From the NCBI GenBank assembly GCA_902785275.1, contig CACZYB010000002.1, forward strand, positions 99,495 to 163,494: DNA of 64,000 bases, written 5' to 3'. This stretch comes from an uncultured Pseudomonadota bacterium. Its GTDB lineage: Bacteria; Pseudomonadota; Alphaproteobacteria; Rs-D84; CACZYB01. This document shows, one piece after another, positions 10,690 through 20,426 of the stretch. A program made the translations under genes and the position numbers. The first letter of the stretch is position 1; every line of letters begins with the position of its first letter. The notes beneath the pieces were generated by a model that saw only the letters and a list, made by a program, of their open reading frames with translations, was not told where the DNA came from and did not search any database.

Positions 10690-11832
10690 TTGTTAAAGTT
10701 AAAATTAAAATCAATGGTACTTATTTTATGCGTAAACATTATGTTTTCGCAAGAGGTTTTTTCTGCTAAAAAGGATAAACAAAGTCTTGCAAAGATAAAT
10801 AAGGAAATTGAAAACAGAAAAAAGGCTACTGAAAAAATCGAACGTGAGCAAAAAAAACTTTCCGAAGAAATTAAGCAAACCCAGCAAAAAATGGTTGAAA
10901 TTGCTAATAATGTTAAGCAATACGAACGAAAACTTTCTGGTTACGACAGGGAACTTTCCGATCTTCAATGGAAGGAACATCTTCTTAACCGTAAAATAGA
11001 AGAAAACAATACCGAACTTATAAAAATTATTGCAGTTTTCGAAAATATATCACAGGTACCAAAGGGATACTTGATTATTTCTCCAAAACGTATTGATACA
11101 GTTTTCCATAGTTCTATTTTGCTTCGAAGCCTTGTTGATGAGCTTAATCGTTCCACCGTTGTTTATCGTCAGGATTTAGAGGATTTAATAAAGACAAAGG
11201 ATGAAATTACTGTGGCAAAGGTTTCTATTCATTCCTTAACAAAAAAGGTTAGGGGGGAGAAAAACAAGATTGCCGATTTGATTAAAACTAAAAAATCAAC
11301 CCAGAAAAAACTATCAAACGAACAGGAAAAAAATAAACGTGAAATTAAACGTTTGATTGCTGAATCTAAAACTATTGAAGAATTTATTAAAAAGGCCGAA
11401 AAGTTAAGAAAAGAGCAAGAAAGAAAAAAGACTCAACAAACAAAAATTTCATCAAAATTGATACGAAAGGCAACTGGTGTTGCACCACTTCCAGTTAGTG
11501 GTAATATCACCGTTTACTTTGGCGAACATACCAAAAAGGGTATTACATCAAAGGGTGTTTATATAAAGCCTCGTTCTAATTCACAGGTTGTATCTCCAGC
11601 TGATTCGGATGTCGTATTTTCCGGAAGCTTCTATGGTTTTAAGAACTTGCTTATTCTCCACTCCTCCGATGATTACTATATAATCCTTGGTGGTATGAAG
11701 GAGATTTTTGCCGAGGAAGGTCAATCACTCCTTACCGGTGAACCAATCGGTGAAATGGGTGATGCTGAACTTTATATTGAAATAAGGGATAAGGAAACCC
11801 CAATAAATCCATTGAAATACTTTAAGTTTTAG
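10690..11832 (+). CDS. envC: Murein hydrolase activator EnvC (coiled coil plus degenerate M23 domain)
   Basis: Signal peptide, long coiled coil, C-terminal LytM-like domain without the Zn ligands, LYIEIR...PINP; TTG start after GGGGAG. Confidence 0.8.
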   Translation: MLKLKLKSMVLILCVNIMFSQEVFSAKKDKQSLAKINKEIENRKKATEKIEREQKKLSEEIKQTQQKMVEIANNVKQYERKLSGYDRELSDLQWKEHLLNRKIEENNTELIKIIAVFENISQVPKGYLIISPKRIDTVFHSSILLRSLVDELNRSTVVYRQDLEDLIKTKDEITVAKVSIHSLTKKVRGEKNKIADLIKTKKSTQKKLSNEQEKNKREIKRLIAESKTIEEFIKKAEKLRKEQERKKTQQTKISSKLIRKATGVAPLPVSGNITVYFGEHTKKGITSKGVYIKPRSNSQVVSPADSDVVFSGSFYGFKNLLILHSSDDYYIILGGMKEIFAEEGQSLLTGEPIGEMGDAELYIEIRDKETPINPLKYFKF

Positions 11833-11925
11833 TAAATATTCCTTTGGTGTTTCTTTGACTTAAATATATTGACAATCCCCTGAACATTTATTAAAATATA
11901 ACAGTTTTAATAAGAGGAAAGTGAA

Positions 11926-12414
11926 ATGATTAAATTATTATTTTTTATGTTAATGTTTTTTCCATCAGTTATTGCAAAGGCAAATCCAGCGTGTGCAGTT
12001 TGTACCGTTGCTATGGGGGCATTTTTGGGTATTTCCCGTGCTCTTGGAATTTCTGATAATGCAACTGGTGTTTGGATTGGTGGTCTTCTTTTGATGACCT
12101 ATTATTTTACAATAAAGTTTGTTGAATATAAAAAATGGACATTCAAGTTTTATCATATTTTCTGGGGTTTAATGACATTACTTCTTGTACCAGTTATGTA
12201 TAAATTTGTAACCTATAAATTTGATACATTTTTTGGGATTGATGCGTTTTTGGTAAGTATGATTTCCGGTGCATTTGCATTCTGGCTCTCACAATTTATT
12301 TATCAAAAAATGAAAACAGCAAACGGTGGTCATGCACACTTTCCATTTGAAAAGGTTGTAATGGCTATTATATTCTTACTTGTTACATCAGTGATATTTA
12401 ATTATTTACCATAG
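11926..12414 (+). CDS. Hypothetical membrane protein with N-terminal CxxC
   Basis: NPACAVCT after a signal-like segment, several hydrophobic helices, HFPFEKVV C-terminal motif; GAGG RBS. Confidence 0.8.
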   Translation: MIKLLFFMLMFFPSVIAKANPACAVCTVAMGAFLGISRALGISDNATGVWIGGLLLMTYYFTIKFVEYKKWTFKFYHIFWGLMTLLLVPVMYKFVTYKFDTFFGIDAFLVSMISGAFAFWLSQFIYQKMKTANGGHAHFPFEKVVMAIIFLLVTSVIFNYLP

Positions 12415-12426
12415 GAGGATTAGGTT

Positions 12427-13035
12427 ATGAAAAAAGATAAAAGAGAAAAAAGTTTAAAGGAATTTGTTGAAAAAATTGATAATATGAAAAAGGTTAATCC
12501 AAAGGATTTGTCATCCGATCAGGATTTATCAATTGCAATTATGAATTTGATTTCAATCGAAGAACATCTTATCTTTTCTGGTGCAAAAACTGGAAAAACT
12601 TCTTTTTATGATTTAATCGAAGAAATCCGAGATATGCGTAAAACTTTGATGCAAAAAATGATAAAGGAATACGAAGGTGAAGTTTGGTGTATTTCAAAGC
12701 ATTTACTTGGTTCCGCATATCGTTTAATGGAGGTTGGTACAAAGCAACAATCTATGGGTAACACAGAAGAAGCTTATGATTTATTCGATAAAGCATACGA
12801 ACTTTATTGTCTTTTCTGGGGTTTAAATATGAATGCAATCAACTTGAAAGATGTTGAGTGGGTAAAGGATGCTGGTGTTGATGTAAAGGAAATACAATCA
12901 CATCTTGATAACCTCAAAATTGCAAACCAAGATGTAAAGGTTTCAAAATCTGTTGCAAAGACAGAAAAGAAATCAAGCAAGATTTCAAAATTAAAGGATG
13001 CTGTTAAAAAGGCTGTAAATTGCTGTATTGAATAG
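12427..13035 (+). CDS. Hypothetical helical protein, co-transcribed with the upstream gene
   Basis: GGAGG RBS; EEH, WCISKH and terminal NCCIE motifs. Confidence 0.8.
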   Translation: MKKDKREKSLKEFVEKIDNMKKVNPKDLSSDQDLSIAIMNLISIEEHLIFSGAKTGKTSFYDLIEEIRDMRKTLMQKMIKEYEGEVWCISKHLLGSAYRLMEVGTKQQSMGNTEEAYDLFDKAYELYCLFWGLNMNAINLKDVEWVKDAGVDVKEIQSHLDNLKIANQDVKVSKSVAKTEKKSSKISKLKDAVKKAVNCCIE

Positions 13036-13058
13036 CTTTTATTTAATTTGCAAGATAT

Positions 13059-13095
13059 AAAAAATCCCCACCGTTTCGATGGGGATAATTTTTTT
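13059..13095. terminator. Probable bidirectional terminator
   Basis: ATCCCCACCG-TTT-CGATGGGGAT imperfect hairpin with A run before and T run after, between convergent genes. Confidence 0.65.
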
Positions 13096-13101
13096 CATAC
13101 C

Positions 13102-14847
13102 CTATACATTTTTCCAATAACACAAATGTTTTTTAGGGGAAAGTGAAAGATATTTAAACCATTCATTTTTATATACATGAGGACAATTCGAATTCCATGG
13201 TTTTTTATCCCCAGAATAATGAATAATTACAGGCTTTGTTTTTGCAAATGCAACTTCTTCATTTGAATAACACCAAACAGGTCTTGAATCATCAAAAACT
13301 TCTGTCTGAAGATTAAATTTTAATTCAAGCAATCTGTAATTACCTTCTATCGCCATATTGAAAACTCTGCTTGTTGTGTTTTCTTTAATGAATACTTCAA
13401 GATTTTTTCTTGCATATACTGCCTTGTCGACAATGTTATCTTTTCTCATTAAAGGAATATTCATAAGAATAACGCCAGTATTAAAATAGTTCTGTACATT
13501 TATAAATTTTATAATACGGCCTTTTTCTTCTGATTGTCCCGCCTGTTCCACAACGGCAACATAATTCTTCTTTATCCTTTTATTGTAAAGCTCGTTAATC
13601 GAAGAAGTTATAATTGTATCATTATCTAGATAAAGACATCTTTCCAACTTGCTTGCAATTTCAGGGATTAAGAATTTATAAACAGAAACATCATTGCTTA
13701 CATTTCCCAATTTTTTAATAAGTTTTGGTGGAATTTTTACAAATTCGATATTGTGTTTTTCAAATGAAATCCTTGATTTTAAACTTTCCAAATTTTCAAG
13801 TTTTTTATATACAATATGGAAATTAAAAATTTCATCACTGTTCGCATTTTCTACCAAAGATGTCATGGAAACAATCATTGGTTCAATATTTTTACTGTCT
13901 ACTGTATAAAAAATATCATAGTTTTTTGTTTTTAAAAATGGACCATCATCGTCATCATCATCGAAATTTGAAAGATCTAAATTAAGGCTATTACCCAACT
14001 CTATCATCTTTAATTTCAAAGATTTTTCAATAATGTTGGTATAGTAAACTTTCTTTGTTTCCTTCAAATCATCCATTGTTCTGTAATACTTTTCCAATTT
14101 GTATTTATGAACAAACTTTCTTACATCATCAATGGCAACCAAAACATCAAGATTTTTTTTGCTAAGCTGTTTTGCAGTAACACCACTTTCGTTTCTGAAA
14201 TGGTTATAAAGCTTTTCATGTACACAAGAGCAAGTCTGAGATACTGCTAAATATTTGTATATAAAAGCTTCATCTTCCGCAGACTTTGTATCCGGACATC
14301 TTATCTTATATCTATCAATGATGCTTTTTTTGAAAATTTTATTCCAAAGAACACAGGAAATACTGAAAAATGTATCCCAAGTTATAGGTATAAGCTTTTC
14401 TTCTGGAACATTAATTGCCCATGAAAATTTTTCTAATAAAAGTCTTTCTTTTAACTTTTCATCATAAGAAACGCATGTCTTACATAAAGCCAAGTCAGAT
14501 TGGTCGGTTTCTATTGCATCAACCATTGTTTCAACCATAGCCTTGTCATACCAATCATCACTATCGCACCACATAACATATTTACCACAAGCCATATCCA
14601 AAGCATAGTTTCTGGTGTATGCGATTCCCTTATTCTTTTTGTTTGTTAAAACAACAATTCTTTTATCTTTTTTCTGGTATTCATATAATATAGCAGCAGA
14701 TTCATCCTTTGATCCATCATTCACACAAATAATTTCAATATTTTGATAAGTCTGAGCCAAAAGACTATCCAAAGTTTTTTTCAATGTTTTATCAGCATTG
14801 TATACAGGTACAATAATAGAAACAAGCTTCTGTTTAGTCTTAATCAT
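13102..14847 (-). CDS. Glycosyltransferase, GT2 + GT8 fusion
   Basis: N-terminal SIIVPVYN, VNDGSKD, CDSDD (GT2); C-terminal LYLDND, YFNTGVILMN, IIHYSGDKKPW (GT8); poly-Asp linker. Confidence 0.88.
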   Translation of the reverse strand: MIKTKQKLVSIIVPVYNADKTLKKTLDSLLAQTYQNIEIICVNDGSKDESAAILYEYQKKDKRIVVLTNKKNKGIAYTRNYALDMACGKYVMWCDSDDWYDKAMVETMVDAIETDQSDLALCKTCVSYDEKLKERLLLEKFSWAINVPEEKLIPITWDTFFSISCVLWNKIFKKSIIDRYKIRCPDTKSAEDEAFIYKYLAVSQTCSCVHEKLYNHFRNESGVTAKQLSKKNLDVLVAIDDVRKFVHKYKLEKYYRTMDDLKETKKVYYTNIIEKSLKLKMIELGNSLNLDLSNFDDDDDDGPFLKTKNYDIFYTVDSKNIEPMIVSMTSLVENANSDEIFNFHIVYKKLENLESLKSRISFEKHNIEFVKIPPKLIKKLGNVSNDVSVYKFLIPEIASKLERCLYLDNDTIITSSINELYNKRIKKNYVAVVEQAGQSEEKGRIIKFINVQNYFNTGVILMNIPLMRKDNIVDKAVYARKNLEVFIKENTTSRVFNMAIEGNYRLLELKFNLQTEVFDDSRPVWCYSNEEVAFAKTKPVIIHYSGDKKPWNSNCPHVYKNEWFKYLSLSPKKHLCYWKNV

Positions 14848-14862
14848 CTCACCTTTTCCTTA

Positions 14863-15867
14863 TTAAACTTTTTCTTCCGATTGTAATTTTACTTCATTAA
14901 AATCATCAAGATTGTTATCTCTGATTATACGTTTTACATCTAAAATATATTTATTCTTTTCAGTAGAATAGTGAATCATAGAGCTCATAAGCCATCTTCC
15001 AAACAAAGGTTTATTTTGTTCACGAAGCTTTGCACGCATCTTTCTGAACCCTGCATAATAACGTGTTCTGTTAAGGTTGTTTGCATAGCTATTTACTGAA
15101 TCATAAAGGGTAGGGAATGTCTTAATTCTGTGGATAAGTCCAGTTTTTCTTGCCCTTGGAAGCATACCTTCACCGCCCCATGTCCATTCTGCGAATATAG
15201 AGTTTCCCTTTATCAAAAATCTTGATTCGCCCCATCCGGTTTCCTGAATTGCCTGTCCTAAAGCCATAGATACAGAAATTTCATCTAATTTTGTAAGAAT
15301 ATCGTTAATATCTTTAGTTTCGGTCTTATATTCTTCCTGTACATACTTAAAGAATTCATTTTCCTCAGCCGAAAGCTTTTTCTTTTTCTCAAATTTTTCC
15401 TTAATTTTCAAAAGCTTTTCTCTGTTTGCCTTTAATTCTTCATTTTTCTTTAAAATAAGAGGCAAAAGGAATTTTATAAACAAATCCTTTTTTTCTTTTG
15501 GTGATTCTATCATATTAAAGTCATCAGGAAGGGATTGTATAAAGATTCTTGGAACATCAATCTCTCTATTTCTTATTTTTTCCAAATCATACCCTGAATC
15601 AAGGAATAATTGCTGCATTTTTCGGTATGATGTTATATGAGAATTAGTATCATATACGACCATAGTGCCTGAAATTACGGCAATAATCACAAAAATCAAG
15701 CTTGCGATATAAAGAGGAATAAACTCGGATTTAAAGAACTTTCTGGATACAAAATTCCATCTTAATTTAAAATGATGTACTATAAAGTTAAAGAAAACAA
15801 CCCATAAATTTGGCTTTTTTATAGGAATAACTTTAATATTTTTATCTTTTCGTCTCATCTTTTTCAT
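14863..15867 (-). CDS. Glucosaminidase-domain protein (Bax/GH73-like), membrane anchored
   Basis: ALGQAIQETGWGESRF, NS(I)F, YANNLNR and YS motifs; one N-terminal TM helix. Confidence 0.82.
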   Translation of the reverse strand: MKKMRRKDKNIKVIPIKKPNLWVVFFNFIVHHFKLRWNFVSRKFFKSEFIPLYIASLIFVIIAVISGTMVVYDTNSHITSYRKMQQLFLDSGYDLEKIRNREIDVPRIFIQSLPDDFNMIESPKEKKDLFIKFLLPLILKKNEELKANREKLLKIKEKFEKKKKLSAEENEFFKYVQEEYKTETKDINDILTKLDEISVSMALGQAIQETGWGESRFLIKGNSIFAEWTWGGEGMLPRARKTGLIHRIKTFPTLYDSVNSYANNLNRTRYYAGFRKMRAKLREQNKPLFGRWLMSSMIHYSTEKNKYILDVKRIIRDNNLDDFNEVKLQSEEKV

Positions 15868-15978
15868 ATTTTCAGAATTATTATAAATTTTTTTTATTGT
15901 TTGTAAAGAACTAAATTTTTGATAAAATTGAAAAAAAATGATGACTCTTTGAAATAAGGGTGTTATAAATATAAAACG

Positions 15979-16881
15979 TTGAATATGGGGGCTATTTTGA
16001 ATAAATTAAGTACATCAAAAGCATTAAAGATTCAAATGATAAAAAAGCTTGTTCGCAAGATCTTTGTTATCATGTTTATTATCTTCTCTTTTATCCTTAT
16101 ATTCATAGGAAAACCTGACAATATAATCATAAGTAAAACCAGTGGTGTTGTATCCGATGTTATATCACCATTTGTAAAGGTTATTTCATATCCAATATAT
16201 GTTGTCGGTACATTCATAAGTGATGTTAAAAATTTCCGTTCTGTTGATGCTCAAAATCAGGAATTGAAAAAAGAAGTTTCTAGATTAAAGGAACAATTAA
16301 ACTATTTCAAACAAGTAGAAGTTGAAAACCAACAATTAAGAAAGATGAATAATTATACAACAAACGGTGTTAATTATTTGCTTTCTTCAAGGGTACTTGG
16401 TTCAAGTGGTTCTGGTTTTACCCGTACATTTTTTGTTGATGCCGGTGCAAAAGATGGTGTAAAGAAATACCAAGGTGTTATTGTTGATGGCTATCTTGTT
16501 GGTCAAATAAATTCCGTTGGAAGCAATTATTCAAAGATGATTCTTTTATCCGATGCTTCATCCAAAATACCGGTACAGGTTGAACGAACAAAAACTCGTG
16601 CTTTTTTAATTGGCGATAACACAAACTATCCACAGCTTGCCCATTTTGAAAAACAGGAACCTGTACAAATTGGTGACGTTATTGTAACTTCTGGTATGGG
16701 GGAAAATTTGCCTGCTGGTCTTCCTATTGGTATCGTTGGAAGTATAAGTGAGGACAACGGAATAATTGTTCAACCTTTTGTAAGTGAGTCAAATATCGAC
16801 TATATAAAGATTATAAAAACTTCACACACAGAAGGTTTAAAGAACTTCCTTTTGGAAAATAAGAATGCAGGTGAGGGATAA
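15979..16881 (+). CDS. mreC: Rod shape-determining protein MreC
   Basis: TM plus coiled coil (ENQQLR), GDVIVTSG, PAGLPIG; synteny with mreD-mrdA-rodA; start codon uncertain. Confidence 0.92.
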   Translation: MNMGAILNKLSTSKALKIQMIKKLVRKIFVIMFIIFSFILIFIGKPDNIIISKTSGVVSDVISPFVKVISYPIYVVGTFISDVKNFRSVDAQNQELKKEVSRLKEQLNYFKQVEVENQQLRKMNNYTTNGVNYLLSSRVLGSSGSGFTRTFFVDAGAKDGVKKYQGVIVDGYLVGQINSVGSNYSKMILLSDASSKIPVQVERTKTRAFLIGDNTNYPQLAHFEKQEPVQIGDVIVTSGMGENLPAGLPIGIVGSISEDNGIIVQPFVSESNIDYIKIIKTSHTEGLKNFLLENKNAGEG

Positions 16882-16883
16882 AA

Positions 16884-17399
16884 TTGGTTCGTAAAAGTAA
16901 ATACAAGTGGTTATTTTCATTCCTTTCTCACCAAATTCCATGGGTAAGTAGTTTCTTTATTCTTGTATTTTCTTTTGTGTTTATACCTTGCTGTAATGTA
17001 AAGTCGACACTTGTACTTATTCCAATATTTTTTTGGGGAATGCAAAAAACAAAGTCATTCGATTTTATTTCAGTGATGCTTTTCGGCTTTCTTCAAGACT
17101 TTTTGGATGGAACCCAATTCGGTTTCAATATGTTTATTTTTTTAAGTACATATTTTGTGGTTTACTATCAAAAATTTTTCCCACTTGATGAATCATTTAC
17201 ATTTTCATATTTAGCATTCAGTATAGTTACACTTGCATTGATTTTGCTTAAATATTGTGTGATTTCAAGTATGTTTGTGGAAAATATAAACTTGCTTAAT
17301 ATTTTGGTAAGTTGGGCCGTATTGATTTTATGGTACCCAATATTTTTCATTATTTTAAAAAAATTGGATGAACGTTTTGTAAGGAAGTATAATGCGTGA
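16884..17399 (+). CDS. mreD: Rod shape-determining protein MreD
   Basis: Hydrophobic protein with FGFLQDFLDG motif between mreC and mrdA. Confidence 0.8.
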   Translation: MVRKSKYKWLFSFLSHQIPWVSSFFILVFSFVFIPCCNVKSTLVLIPIFFWGMQKTKSFDFISVMLFGFLQDFLDGTQFGFNMFIFLSTYFVVYYQKFFPLDESFTFSYLAFSIVTLALILLKYCVISSMFVENINLLNILVSWAVLILWYPIFFIILKKLDERFVRKYNA

Positions 17400-19221
17400 T
17401 GCGGAGTTGATTAAAGTTTTTAACAGACGCGCCCTTCTTGTTGCAGGAGGGGAGCTTTTCCTTTTTTCGATTTTGGCTGGTCGTCTTTATCAACTTCAAA
17501 TTTTGGACAGTGAAAAATATAAAAAACTTTCCCAAAAAAATAGTGTAAGAATAAAACTTATTCCTCCTCCTCGTGGTGTTATTGCCGATAGGTTTGGTAT
17601 CGAACTTGCCGTAAATGTAAACAGCTATGGTATCCAGATGATACCAGAGGAAGTTACTGCACAGGGCTTATCGGTTGAGGAAATTTTAAATCGTATTTCC
17701 GAACTTATTCCACTTACTGAAAAGGAAAAAGAAAAGGTTCTTAAGAACGTAAAAAAGAAACGTGCCTTTTTCCCTGTATTTATAAAAAATAATTTGGGTT
17801 GGAATGAAATGGCAAAAATTCAGGTAAACAACCTTGACTTTACCGGTGTTTATGTGGAAGAGGGTAAACGTCGTTACTATCCATTTGATGAAATTGCAGC
17901 CCATGTTATTGGATATGTTTCTGATGTAACAGAACAAGAGCTTAAAAACGATCCGTCCCCAATACTTCAGCTTCCTGATTTCAAAACAGGAAAGGCTGGT
18001 ATCGAAAAATTGATGGATAAGGAACTTCGTGGTGAAGTTGGTGAAACAATTCAGGTTGTTAATGCAAGCGGTCGTGTAATTGAAACTTTGGATGATAAAA
18101 AGAAAAAGGCTATACCTGGAGAACGTATTAATCTTACCATTGATAAACGATTACAGGAATTTGCATACAATCGTATCCATGATGAAAGTGCCAGTGCAGT
18201 TGTTATGGATATTTACAATGGAGATATTTTGATGATGATTTCCGTTCCATCATATAATCCAAATATCTTTTTGGATGAGGATGTTTCCGCCAAAAAATTT
18301 GAAAAGCTTTTCACAAATCCTCGTCATCCATTTATAAACAAAGCTATTGAGGGGCTATATTCCCCAGGTTCTACATTCAAGATGATGACTGCACTTGCGG
18401 CTCTTGCTGATGGAAAGCTTAATGCAAATACAAGGATTAAGTGTACCGGTCATATGGACTATGGTGATGCACGTTACCATTGTTGGAATACTGCGGGTCA
18501 TGGCGTTTTAAATTTGGAACAATCACTTCTTCATTCATGCGATATTTTCTATTATACTTTGGCAACAAAGGTAAGTATGGATGTAATTCAGGATATGGCA
18601 TACAAGTTTGGTCTTGGCGAATATACAGGTATTGAACTTGCCAATGAAAAGAAAGGTCAAGTTCCAGGTCGTGAATGGAAACGTAATTACAAAAGTGAAA
18701 CATGGTACACCGGTGATACAATTACAGCATCTATCGGACAGGGGTATACTTTGGTGACACCACTTCAACTTGCTGTTATGACTTCACGAATTGCAAATGG
18801 TGGTTTCGCGGTAAAGCCAAGAATTATAAAAGGTAAAAATGATTCTAATATAATATTCCCATCATTAAATGTTGATCCACATCATCTTAATATGATAAGA
18901 AAGGGAATGTTCTCTGTTGTAAACAAGCCAAACGGTACCGGAAAAACAGCATACTTTGATTTTAAGGGGAACCATATGGCTGGAAAAACTGGAACAACAC
19001 AGGTTAAACGTATTACTCGTGAAGAACGTGCCAGAGGTGTGATAAGACAGGAAGATTTGCCGTGGAAATACAGAAACCATGCTTTGTTTGTTGGTTATGC
19101 TCCATATAAAAACCCAAGGTTCGCGGTAAGTGTTGTTGTTGAACACGGAATGTCTGGTTCTGGTGCGGCTGCGCCTATTGCTCGTGATCTTATGATGAAA
19201 ACATTGGAACTTTATTTATAG
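17392..19221 (+). CDS. mrdA: Penicillin-binding protein 2
   Basis: PPPRGVIADR, STFK (SxxK), SCD, GKTGT motifs. Confidence 0.96.
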   Translation: MRDAELIKVFNRRALLVAGGELFLFSILAGRLYQLQILDSEKYKKLSQKNSVRIKLIPPPRGVIADRFGIELAVNVNSYGIQMIPEEVTAQGLSVEEILNRISELIPLTEKEKEKVLKNVKKKRAFFPVFIKNNLGWNEMAKIQVNNLDFTGVYVEEGKRRYYPFDEIAAHVIGYVSDVTEQELKNDPSPILQLPDFKTGKAGIEKLMDKELRGEVGETIQVVNASGRVIETLDDKKKKAIPGERINLTIDKRLQEFAYNRIHDESASAVVMDIYNGDILMMISVPSYNPNIFLDEDVSAKKFEKLFTNPRHPFINKAIEGLYSPGSTFKMMTALAALADGKLNANTRIKCTGHMDYGDARYHCWNTAGHGVLNLEQSLLHSCDIFYYTLATKVSMDVIQDMAYKFGLGEYTGIELANEKKGQVPGREWKRNYKSETWYTGDTITASIGQGYTLVTPLQLAVMTSRIANGGFAVKPRIIKGKNDSNIIFPSLNVDPHHLNMIRKGMFSVVNKPNGTGKTAYFDFKGNHMAGKTGTTQVKRITREERARGVIRQEDLPWKYRNHALFVGYAPYKNPRFAVSVVVEHGMSGSGAAAPIARDLMMKTLELYL

Positions 19222-19232
19222 GGAGAAAAGAA

Positions 19233-20423
19233 ATGCTTGATTACTCAGTTATGAAAAAAAGTGATAGAATGAATGTCTTTTCCAAGTTTTTATGTTTGAA
19301 TTGGCGCTTGGTATTTCTTCTTCTTTGCCTTTGCAGTGTTGGTATTATGATTCTTTACAGTGCGGGAAAGGCTGAATGTGCTGATCAATTCAAATGTTTA
19401 ATCAGTTATGGAAGCTGGACTCCATGGGCTCTTTCTCAAATTCCAAAAATTCTAATTGGTTTTTTAATACTTTTCATTGTTGCAGTTGTTGATTTAAAGG
19501 TATGGGTAAAGTATGCATACTGGATCTACGGTGTATCTGTCGTACTCTTAATTGGAGTTATGTTCTTCGGTCATGTTGGTATGGGTGCACAACGTTGGCT
19601 TAATATTGGTTTTATGAAAATACAGCCATCAGAACTTATGAAAATTGCGCTTGTCCTTGCCTTGGCAAAGTATTTTGCAGCCCTAAGTATAAATGAAATT
19701 CACAGTAACTATTACCTTATATTCCCTGCATTTTTGGTATTATTACCTGTTGGACTTGTTTTACAACAACCTGATCTTGGAACTGCGATGACATTGGTAC
19801 TTGTATCTGGTATAGTTTTCTTTATCGCAGGTGTGCAAATGTGGAAATTTGGAACAATTTTCCTTGTCGTTTTATTGTCATTTCCTATTATTTGGAAATA
19901 CGGACTTCACCCTTATCAAAAACAAAGAATTATTATTTTTATGAATCCGGAAAAGGATATTATGGGTTCCGGTTACCACATTACCCAATCAAAAATTACA
20001 CTTGGTTCTGGTGGTTTCTGGGGAAAGGGATATTTGAATGGTACACAAAGCCACTTAAATTTCTTGCCTGAAAAACAAACCGATTTTATTTTCACTATGT
20101 TTGCTGAGGAGTTTGGAATGTTTGGTTGCCTATGTCTTTTTGCATTGATTATTGCAATACTTTGGCAATGTTTCCGAGTTTCATTCGTAAGCCGTAACAA
20201 TTTCGGAAAGCTGTTGACGTTGGGGCTTGGTGCAAACTTCTTTATCTATTTCTTTATAAATACAGCAATGGTTATGGGATTGCTCCCTGTAGTTGGCGTT
20301 CCTTCACCACTTCTATCCTATGGTGGAACAGCGATGATGACCTTGCTTTTGGGTTTTGGCTTGATTGAGTGTTGCTTTGTTCACAGTGATATGCTCATCA
20401 GTTCAAAAAGCGATTATTTATAA
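19233..20423 (+). CDS. rodA: SEDS peptidoglycan polymerase RodA
   Basis: GAQRW, QPSELMK, QPDLGTA, FLPEKQTDFIF, SYGGT motifs. Confidence 0.96.
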   Translation: MLDYSVMKKSDRMNVFSKFLCLNWRLVFLLLCLCSVGIMILYSAGKAECADQFKCLISYGSWTPWALSQIPKILIGFLILFIVAVVDLKVWVKYAYWIYGVSVVLLIGVMFFGHVGMGAQRWLNIGFMKIQPSELMKIALVLALAKYFAALSINEIHSNYYLIFPAFLVLLPVGLVLQQPDLGTAMTLVLVSGIVFFIAGVQMWKFGTIFLVVLLSFPIIWKYGLHPYQKQRIIIFMNPEKDIMGSGYHITQSKITLGSGGFWGKGYLNGTQSHLNFLPEKQTDFIFTMFAEEFGMFGCLCLFALIIAILWQCFRVSFVSRNNFGKLLTLGLGANFFIYFFINTAMVMGLLPVVGVPSPLLSYGGTAMMTLLLGFGLIECCFVHSDMLISSKSDYL

Positions 20424-20426
20424 GAT

